Source of the DNA: Candidatus Naiadarchaeum limnaeum
Lineage (GTDB): Archaea; Undinarchaeota; Undinarchaeia; Undinarchaeales; Naiadarchaeaceae
Direction: 5' to 3'
NCBI GenBank assembly: GCA_014189685.1
Contig: DVAB01000033.1
Coordinates: forward strand, 2,298 to 34,297
Length of the DNA stretch: 32,000 nucleotides
Part shown: one piece after another, positions 1-6,575 of the stretch
How positions within the stretch are numbered: the stretch's first letter is position 1
Layout of the letters: every line of letters begins with the position of its first letter
The notes under the pieces: model-generated
What the model was told of the DNA's origin: nothing
Seen by the model: only the letters and a program-made list of their open reading frames with translations
Databases searched by the model: none
Made by a program: the position numbers and the translations under genes

Positions 1-39
1 CAAAATTAAATTTAAAAAACCTAAATGGAGGGAAAAAAT

Positions 40-2334
40 ATGCAAGGAATATGGAGAAAAGTTGGTGCAGCAATTGGAAGCGCTGTTATACTTGGCGCAA
101 CCTTTGGTGCAGCAGCTTTCGCACAAACAGCCATGGACTTGGGCGACTACAAAAGTTTAGTCGTTTCAAGTGATGGTACAGTGAGCGGATTGTTTGTCGT
201 TGGAGCTGACGCAGCGACTGCTGATGTCGTATCTGCAATAGATGCGGCTGGCTGGGTTACAAACCAGCAAGTAGCAGGCGAGGGCGCAGCTGGAGGACAA
301 GTCGTTTTAACTCCAATTGAAACAACAGTAACCGGAGTTAAGAGACACATCCAGATCGACGACAACGCAAGCAACGCATATGAGCTTGGAACAGCACACA
401 CAGCTGGCGGAGTTCAGGACAAGATCGGACCAGCAGGCTATGCCTCTGGAGATGGTGTCGTTGATTTCCTGTACAGCTACAAGAACAAGGGTCCACTCTA
501 CTACAGTGGAGCTGACTATCAGTGGCACGAAGAGTTGAACGTAACACTTGGAAACCTAAACGCAAGCAGAGACGACTTGGAAAGCCAAGCACAGGATCTG
601 TATGACGAGGTTGTAATGAAGATATCTGCAAACTCCTTGAAGTACAACCTGAAATTTGACAAGGCCTTTGCAAACGCAAACCTAAACACAATATTAAGAG
701 GACAAAAAATCTGGTTTATGGGCAAGGAGTACACAGTAATAAGCGCAGAAACAACAAAGATAAAGCTTGGCGCAACTGATGCCGAAGTGTTGCTGACAAC
801 AAGCAACCCGAAAACAACAGTTGGCGGTGTTGATGTAACTCTTGGAGGTATCTTTGCTGTTGGAACTTCTGGAACCTACAAGGCAAAGATAACTGTTACC
901 TCTGGAGGAACAACCGAGACAAAGTTCGTTACAAGTGGAGACACAGACACTGTTGCAGGAATCGAAATCTATGTGAAGAATGCAGTTGTCACAACCAGTG
1001 GAACAAATGAAGGAGAAGCACAGCTGGTTGTTGGAGCAGGCATTATAAAACTCACAGATGGAGATTACCTGAAGAGAGGAGATGGAACTGAGACAACTTG
1101 GCTCACAACCATAACCAATGGATCAGTTGGCGAGACAAGTTTGACAATAACAGCATCTGAGAGCCAGGCATACACGGCACTTGGCGGAACATACAATGCA
1201 CTTCGCCCAGGTGGCGTAATAAAGGCTCCAAACGACCTGTTCACTGTGACATACAACGGGTTGACCAATGACAAGGGCACTGCACTTAAGACAAGAACAA
1301 TAAACGTAAACCCAGAGCTCAGAATTGTCAAAGGAGTAACCACTGCAGACACAGTCCGCATAAAGTCAGTTGACGGAGATTTCCTCTACTACAACGGAAG
1401 CTATGTAACAAGCGACATGTGGGTAAACACCTCAACAGCAACTTTCTTTGTGAGGGACACAACAACAGAGCCAGTATCCTGGAAAGAGTCAAACACCACA
1501 CCAACCATAAAAGTGGCCACAGGAAAGGACTACACACTGAACTGGACACGCACGGCTGTTGACAGCGCAAATGGATACCTAAGTATAGGCGGACCAGCAT
1601 TGTCACAAACAGGAGCTGGTGCACCTGACAGCTTTGTCATAGTGTACAACGCAGCCACAGACAAGTTCGACACAGCCAATGCAAGCAGTTACTATGCCTA
1701 CAATCAGCAATTCTTTACAGGGGATGCAACTGCAAGAGCTGATGCATGGTTCGGAAGAACATCCAACTTGACACCAGCAACAAGAGACTATTATACAGTA
1801 TATGGAGCATATGTCTCAAGCGTAAGCCCACAATTGATAACAATTAAATTCCCAGAGGGGCAGGCATACGCTGAGTTGGTAGTTGGATCTCAGGCAACTG
1901 GAAAAGGAAAGGCAATAACAGTAACTCCAGGCCAGACTGCAACAATCGGCGGAACAGTTGTAAATGTAACAGGAGCAGTCAGTGGCGGAAAGGGAGTTAG
2001 TTTGCCAGCAGCCCTTGCAAAGCTAGACACTGAGGTAACATCTGGAGACAAATCTGGTTATACCTTAGTCCTAGTTGGAGGGCCAAAGGTTAACCGCTTG
2101 GTGAACGAGCTTCAGACCACAAACAAGCTTACAAAGACAATTGGTCCTGGCGCAGCAGTATCTGCAAAAGGAGCAGGAGTCATTGAGCTTGTTTCAGACG
2201 CGTGGGGAACAGGCAAGTATGCAGTTGTTGTCGCAGGAGCAGACAGAGTTGGAACAGCAAAGGCCTCAAAGGTCTTAGCCAGCTTTGATGCCAACAAGGC
2301 ATTGCTCGACGGCAAGACAGTGTACGAAGTCTAA
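40..2334 (+). CDS. S-layer (surface-layer) glycoprotein precursor
   Basis: Long ORF (track 25..2334). GGAGG at 27-31 lies 8 nt before the second ATG (40), so 40 is the likelier start. Signal peptide ends AAAFA/QT. N-terminal LGDY..VVGADAATADVVSAIDAA and C-terminal LVLVGGPKVNRLV..VVVAGADRVGTAKA resemble the N and C domains of Methanococcales-type archaeal S-layer proteins. Thr/Gly/Ala/Val-rich, with 11 N-x-S/T sequons by eye. Followed by a hairpin plus T-run. Confidence 0.8.
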   Translation: MQGIWRKVGAAIGSAVILGATFGAAAFAQTAMDLGDYKSLVVSSDGTVSGLFVVGADAATADVVSAIDAAGWVTNQQVAGEGAAGGQVVLTPIETTVTGVKRHIQIDDNASNAYELGTAHTAGGVQDKIGPAGYASGDGVVDFLYSYKNKGPLYYSGADYQWHEELNVTLGNLNASRDDLESQAQDLYDEVVMKISANSLKYNLKFDKAFANANLNTILRGQKIWFMGKEYTVISAETTKIKLGATDAEVLLTTSNPKTTVGGVDVTLGGIFAVGTSGTYKAKITVTSGGTTETKFVTSGDTDTVAGIEIYVKNAVVTTSGTNEGEAQLVVGAGIIKLTDGDYLKRGDGTETTWLTTITNGSVGETSLTITASESQAYTALGGTYNALRPGGVIKAPNDLFTVTYNGLTNDKGTALKTRTINVNPELRIVKGVTTADTVRIKSVDGDFLYYNGSYVTSDMWVNTSTATFFVRDTTTEPVSWKESNTTPTIKVATGKDYTLNWTRTAVDSANGYLSIGGPALSQTGAGAPDSFVIVYNAATDKFDTANASSYYAYNQQFFTGDATARADAWFGRTSNLTPATRDYYTVYGAYVSSVSPQLITIKFPEGQAYAELVVGSQATGKGKAITVTPGQTATIGGTVVNVTGAVSGGKGVSLPAALAKLDTEVTSGDKSGYTLVLVGGPKVNRLVNELQTTNKLTKTIGPGAAVSAKGAGVIELVSDAWGTGKYAVVVAGADRVGTAKASKVLASFDANKALLDGKTVYEV

Positions 2335-2365
2335 AACTCCAAAAAAAACAATTAACGATAAAAGA

Positions 2366-2399
2366 GGGGTCCAACGCAGGACCCTTCTTACTATTTTTT
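2366..2399 (+). terminator. Hairpin plus T-rich tract downstream of the S-layer gene
   Basis: GGGTCC (2367-2372) pairs with GGACCC (2379-2384) around loop AACGCA, followed by TTCTTACTATTTTTT. Oligo-T tracts terminate archaeal transcription. Confidence 0.6.
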
Positions 2400-2417
2400 A
2401 AAATTTATAAACAACAG

Positions 2418-2525
2418 CTTCTGTCGCTAAATTGCTGTATGATAAGCTGGCACTCATAAGGGGGCATTCTCGCAAAGCTGGAAAACCCCGAGCTCGAAGC
2501 CCCCTACGTTTCTACTTTTATTTTT
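2418..2525. repeat. GC-rich structured intergenic element, copy A (candidate small RNA; strand unresolved)
   Basis: Hairpin AGGGGGC-AT-TCTC..GAGC-TCGAA-GCCCCCT (2459-2505) is nearly identical to the copy C hairpin at 13197-13240. The degenerate 5' module (GCTGTATGATAAGCTGGCACTCATA) aligns with GCCGCGAGTAGGCCGGACTACATT of copy C, mostly by transitions. Ends in CTTTTATTTTT (2515-2525), which is identical to copy B at 4120-4130. Confidence 0.5.
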
Positions 2526-2586
2526 CCCTGAGGTGCCTTTTTCTAAAATTATTTAAACACGAGCCCAAAACAATAAAAGGTTAGAA

Positions 2587-3159
2587 ATGGAATACAACAA
2601 AACAAATCTAATAATTATTATTGTGTTAATCGCATTTTTAGTAGTTGGGAGCTATTTTGTCATTAAAATTAGACGTGAGCAAAACCAGGACTTGTATAGC
2701 AATATATTTTCTTGCCACGAACAGAGGGTCCCTTTTAGAGTTAACATTTCTGCGTGCAACGGCATTCCAGTATCTCCTGATGAGGGAACTCTCACTAACA
2801 CCCTCACAAGCCCATTTGTAAACGGAGTTGTCATCTTGGTAGATCCTGGTGAAACCGGCGGAACAGGAGTTTCTGCGTTTGAGATTTACAAGATTTATAA
2901 TTCGCTGCAAAACTACACTGGAAAAAGAGTCGGCATAGCATACACAAAACCCTGGCCAAACCAGACAAACATTCCGGTCATGAGCATTGATAACGCCACT
3001 TTTCAAAATCCAATAATTTTGCTCAGGCGCAATCAATCAATAACTCAGATAAGAGTTGACGGCCCAGCGATATATGTCGATGCAATTTCACAACAGGATT
3101 TAGATTCAGCATCTTGCAAAATCTCCATACTCACCATTAAAAAAGTTCTTAACTGCTGA
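2587..3159 (+). CDS. Hypothetical membrane-anchored extracellular protein
   Basis: 190-aa ORF with an N-terminal TM helix (LIIIIVLIAFLVVGSYFVI) and several N-x-S/T sequons. Its stop overlaps the trm5 ATG (TGATG). No recognisable family. Confidence 0.6.
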   Translation: MEYNKTNLIIIIVLIAFLVVGSYFVIKIRREQNQDLYSNIFSCHEQRVPFRVNISACNGIPVSPDEGTLTNTLTSPFVNGVVILVDPGETGGTGVSAFEIYKIYNSLQNYTGKRVGIAYTKPWPNQTNIPVMSIDNATFQNPIILLRRNQSITQIRVDGPAIYVDAISQQDLDSASCKISILTIKKVLNC

Positions 3160-4037
3160 TGACCCGCTTTGATATTCTCCTAAAAGGAAAGTTAACTCCA
3201 ACAGAGCGAAAAAAATTGCGCACTTCTTTAGACATTCTTGGCGAAATTGCAATAGTTGAAATTCCTCGCGAACTCTCAAAAAGATCTAGTGTAATTGGAA
3301 CAGCAATTCTAAAAGCAAACCCACAATTAAGAGCTGTTTTCAAAAAGGCCACTCCTGTGCGCGGAGAATTTAGAATTCGCGGTCTAAAGAGGATTGCAGG
3401 AAAAGGCGGGACTCTAATAACTTACAGGGAAAATACTTGCGCATTTAAGTTTGATATAGCAAAAGTTTTCTTTACCCCAAGAATGAGCTCTGAGCGTCTC
3501 AGGGTTGCAAGACAAATTAAAAATGGAGAAATTGTTGTTGATATGTTTGCAGGAGTCGGCCCGTTTGCAATCTTAATTGCAAAAACTCAGCCCCATGTTG
3601 GAATGATTCATGTTATTGACTCAAACCCAGAGGCAATAAAATACTTGCTTGAAAGCGCCTCAATGAATAAAATTTCCCATAAAATAAGCGCCTATATCGG
3701 AGATTCTCGTGCTGTAATTGAAGCTTACTTGATTGGCATCGCTGATCGAATTATAATGAATCTTCCTCTTACAGAGGAGCAGTTTTTTCCAAGCGCATTA
3801 AAAACTATCAAGAAAAGCGGCATTTTACATTTTTACACATTTGCAAAAACAGAAAAAGAAGTTCAGTCCAAAATAAGAAGATCTTTGCAAAAGCGAGCCA
3901 TATTTAAAATTCTAAAAATCAGAAAAGTTCGCCAATACGCTCCGCGAATCTGGAATTTTGTTGCAGATATAAGAATAGAGAGAAAACTTAATAAATCTCG
4001 CCAGGCCGCGAGTAGGCCAGGCCACATTCGCTCGTGA
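3159..4037 (+). CDS. trm5: tRNA (guanine37-N1)-methyltransferase Trm5 (Met-10+ family)
   Basis: [30 protein letters not shown] and the SAM motif [13 protein letters not shown] are typical of archaeal Trm5/Taw22. The last 13 codons (3996-4034) are encoded by repeat copy B. Confidence 0.85.
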   Translation: MTRFDILLKGKLTPTERKKLRTSLDILGEIAIVEIPRELSKRSSVIGTAILKANPQLRAVFKKATPVRGEFRIRGLKRIAGKGGTLITYRENTCAFKFDIAKVFFTPRMSSERLRVARQIKNGEIVVDMFAGVGPFAILIAKTQPHVGMIHVIDSNPEAIKYLLESASMNKISHKISAYIGDSRAVIEAYLIGIADRIIMNLPLTEEQFFPSALKTIKKSGILHFYTFAKTEKEVQSKIRRSLQKRAIFKILKIRKVRQYAPRIWNFVADIRIERKLNKSRQAASRPGHIRS

Positions 4038-4130
4038 AATAAGTGTAGCGACAATGCGAAACCTCCGGTTTCGCATGCATTCAGGAACTTCGTTCCTGAA
4101 TGAGTGGCCTAAATTTCCGCTTTTATTTTT
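3996..4130. repeat. GC-rich structured element, copy B (candidate small RNA; strand unresolved)
   Basis: The 23-mer TCTCGCCAGGCCGCGAGTAGGCC is identical to 13164-13186, with 30/33 identity over 33 nt. A 7-bp closing helix (4019-4025/4104-4110) encloses three hairpins, including perfect 10-bp and 11-bp stems. Ends in CTTTTATTTTT (4120-4130). Confidence 0.6.
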
Positions 4131-4202
4131 GCCAGCCTTGTAATGCGGGGAAAACTTAATAAATAGTGCATTTTTAGTTGTCTTATCTCTGAAGTGGGGA
4201 GT

Positions 4203-5519
4203 ATGAAAAAATCTTTACTGTTATCACTTTTAATCGCAAGTTTGCTCATAGCTAACGCCGCCTCTGCAGGAACAGTTGTAACGATAACAAAGCTTGTAAA
4301 TACGGAAGGAAATATAGGCCTTTATATAAGGAACGAATTTTACCCAAAAATGTTTACTGACTCGGCCTTAAGAAATGCTAGCACGCTAACTTTTCATCTC
4401 GATGGGGTGAGAGCACCTGTTGATGGGAGTAAAAGTGCTGAGTCAATTAGCCCAGGAGATGAGCGATTGGTTGTTCTTAGGAGCCCATGGCCAACATCAA
4501 CATTCCAAAATTTAAGCATTGTTTACACAGATGGCTCCGGGACTTCCAATTATCCTGTAGAATCAATACTTGTTTTTGCAAAGCCAGCTCTTACGGTAAA
4601 GGAAGTGATCACCGAGCCACCCCACATATTTACTAATGCCTCTGTAACAATTAGGCTTAAGATGCTTGCTGCCGGTGATAAGGACGTTTCAAGTATAAAT
4701 GTTAACGTCCTCAACCAACCAAAATATTTCCAGATAACGGATATGAGCAATCCTGCATTTCTGAAAGTTGGAGAAGAAAAGGAGTTTATCTTTAAATTTA
4801 AGCAATCAGGAGAGAAAATGCCAGAAACTATAATTTATTCAACCTCTTATTTTCCAGTTGAGCTCTCTTATAGCTATTATGGATATCCTGTAAAAACTGT
4901 CATAAATCAGACCTTTGTAGTTCTTAACAGGCTTACAACACAAGGACTTATTCCAAAGCTTGATTTTAAGCTTGATGTACCACCTGAGATTGAACGGGGA
5001 AACAGCACAAATCTAATGGTATATGCTTGGAACTCCATTTCTGGCTCAAACAAAATATGCGATGTGAATCTAACTCTAACCGCAGATGACGCAAGCATAG
5101 AAATTTCAGAAGGCACAACATTTCTTCCAGGGCCATATGAAGGTCGGGCTGACATTCCTGAGGATCCGGTCACAACTTTTTTAATAAAAACAAGCCCTTC
5201 AACCACCTCAAAACAGCACACACTCACAGCTGGCGCTTCTTACATAGATTGTGATTGGAAAATTCCAGATAAAAAAAGCAAATCAATTAATTTTGAAGTA
5301 AAATCATCTGATCAACAAGTAACTGGAACACCAGCTCCAAAAGTTGAGCCAGAAAAGCAGGTTGTAACAAAGGCTGTAACCCCTCCAAAGAAAATTGGAA
5401 GTCCTAAAACAGAAGAAAATTTCACTCTTGTTTTAATATTAGTTCTTGCAACAGTCGGGGTTATAGTTCTTTTTGGGGCAGTTTATTTCTTTGAATTAAG
5501 AAGTCGTTCTGTGTTCTAG
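4203..5519 (+). CDS. Cell-surface protein with CARDB-like beta-sandwich regions and a C-terminal TM anchor
   Basis: The track ORF starts at GTG 4194; the ATG at 4203 gives MKKSLLLSLLIASLLIANAASA, a signal peptide. Pro/Thr/Lys-rich linker (TGTPAPKVEPEKQVVTKAVTPPKK), then a TM helix and a short basic tail. Many N-x-S/T sequons. The family assignment is weak. Confidence 0.6.
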   Translation: MKKSLLLSLLIASLLIANAASAGTVVTITKLVNTEGNIGLYIRNEFYPKMFTDSALRNASTLTFHLDGVRAPVDGSKSAESISPGDERLVVLRSPWPTSTFQNLSIVYTDGSGTSNYPVESILVFAKPALTVKEVITEPPHIFTNASVTIRLKMLAAGDKDVSSINVNVLNQPKYFQITDMSNPAFLKVGEEKEFIFKFKQSGEKMPETIIYSTSYFPVELSYSYYGYPVKTVINQTFVVLNRLTTQGLIPKLDFKLDVPPEIERGNSTNLMVYAWNSISGSNKICDVNLTLTADDASIEISEGTTFLPGPYEGRADIPEDPVTTFLIKTSPSTTSKQHTLTAGASYIDCDWKIPDKKSKSINFEVKSSDQQVTGTPAPKVEPEKQVVTKAVTPPKKIGSPKTEENFTLVLILVLATVGVIVLFGAVYFFELRSRSVF

Positions 5520-6004
5520 TGCGGCACTTTTTTCAATCCCAATAAATAAGCGCCATAATTTGTTGCCAAATGTATTAGCGGAGTTATAACAAGAATTGTA
5601 ATCACAAAATCGATACGCTGCGCCTCAATTATAGAAGCTAAAATTATCGCGCCGATTAAAAAATCTATCTGGTCCCATGGAAAAAATTTCTCACCAGCGT
5701 TATATCTCAATCTTCTTTTTACAAAACTTTTTATTAAATCCCCAAAAATCGCCCCAACTGATATGAAAAAAGCCAATTCCAATTTCCCCTGAATAGTTCC
5801 AATCGCTAATGTTCCAACTCCAATCCCAAAAATTAAACCGCTGAAAGTTTTCCCATCCCCAAAAATTCTTTTTCCATCTTTCCAGTTTTTTCCAAAGTCC
5901 AAAGGAAATCCGCCGCCGAAAGCAATTGGCATTCCGTTTGCGAAATAGGCCGGGAGATAGTAATAAATTGCATTTAAAATTAAAAATACAATCTCAGTTG
6001 CCAT
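5516..6004 (-). CDS. carS: CDP-archaeol synthase (CDP-2,3-bis-O-geranylgeranyl-sn-glycerol synthase)
   Basis: 162-aa polytopic protein. YLPAYFANGMP..PLDFG..DGKRIFGDGKTFSGL..GDLIKSFVKRR matches the CarS (DUF46) signature. Its start overlaps the upstream regulator's stop (TAATG). Confidence 0.85.
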   Translation of the reverse strand: MATEIVFLILNAIYYYLPAYFANGMPIAFGGGFPLDFGKNWKDGKRIFGDGKTFSGLIFGIGVGTLAIGTIQGKLELAFFISVGAIFGDLIKSFVKRRLRYNAGEKFFPWDQIDFLIGAIILASIIEAQRIDFVITILVITPLIHLATNYGAYLLGLKKVPH

Positions 6005-6492
6005 TATCTTGGAATCTCTATTTTGCTCAGTTCAGCGACATATTTTTCTATTCTCTTTGTTTCTTTTTCCAGCCTTTCCAAACTTTTTAGTAAATATTCC
6101 TTCTCTTTACCACCTTTTGTTTTCATTATTTCATCTTTATAACGCGAAAAATTTGCCTGTACATCTGCAAATCCTTTAGAAAGCTTAAGCATTATAGCAG
6201 TTTTCAATGCTTCCACCAAATCCCCAGAAAGCTCAAGATAAAGCCTTCTATCATTTGGTTTCTTTGATTTTTTAATCAATCCGATAACCTCCAATAAATC
6301 AGTACTCAGGGAAATCATGCTTATCGAATATCGCGTTTTTTTGGCTAAAACCTCCAAACAAAGTGGTTTTCCACTCAATAAAAGCGCTGCCAGAATTTTT
6401 CCATGCACTTCTGAATACCCAAGGCTCTGCGAAATGCTTGCAAAAGTGTCTATAATCTCTGATTCAATCTCGTGAATCGATTTTTCTGCCAT
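6004..6492 (-). CDS. GbsR/MarR-type winged-helix transcriptional regulator
   Basis: N-terminal wHTH pattern (GYSEVHGKILAALLLSGKPLCLEVLAKKTRYSISMISLSTDLLEVIGLIKK) typical of COG1510-like regulators, followed by a C-terminal coiled-coil-like tail. Confidence 0.7.
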   Translation of the reverse strand: MAEKSIHEIESEIIDTFASISQSLGYSEVHGKILAALLLSGKPLCLEVLAKKTRYSISMISLSTDLLEVIGLIKKSKKPNDRRLYLELSGDLVEALKTAIMLKLSKGFADVQANFSRYKDEIMKTKGGKEKEYLLKSLERLEKETKRIEKYVAELSKIEIPR

Positions 6493-6523
6493 TAAACTCC
6501 CTACCCTCTAAAGGAGCGCAAAG

Positions 6524-6534
6524 TATTTATATAT
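6524..6534. promoter_or_regulatory. Central TATA-like box of the divergent regulator-carS / tes-like intergenic region
   Basis: TATTTATATAT is the only strong TATA-like element in the 83-nt spacer. It lies ~30 nt from the minus-strand ATG (6492) and ~42 nt from the plus-strand ATG (6576). Confidence 0.35.
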
Positions 6535-6575
6535 CAAGGTTTTAGAACTTTTAAAAAGAATTAAAAGTTGTTGGT

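Noticed and set aside
147-2374. Eight ORFs of 64-117 aa antisense to, or out of frame with, the S-layer gene in the six-frame track
   Set aside because: All lie fully inside a long, well-supported CDS. Their products are low-complexity, Cys/Leu/Ser-rich translations typical of shadow frames in a GC-elevated gene. None has start signals or recognisable motifs.
2459-2505. GC-rich hairpins (also 13197-13240) as split-tRNA halves or tRNA fragments, as in Nanoarchaeum
   Set aside because: There is no T-loop (GTTCRA), D-loop or anticodon-loop geometry. The shared 23-mers are in the same orientation rather than complementary, so they cannot act as the pairing leaders used by split tRNA genes.
6548-6558. 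Near-palindrome CTTTTAAAAAG in the regulator/tes spacer as an operator for the wHTH regulator
   Set aside because: It is pure A/T and low-complexity, imperfect about its centre, and indistinguishable from background in an AT-rich promoter region.
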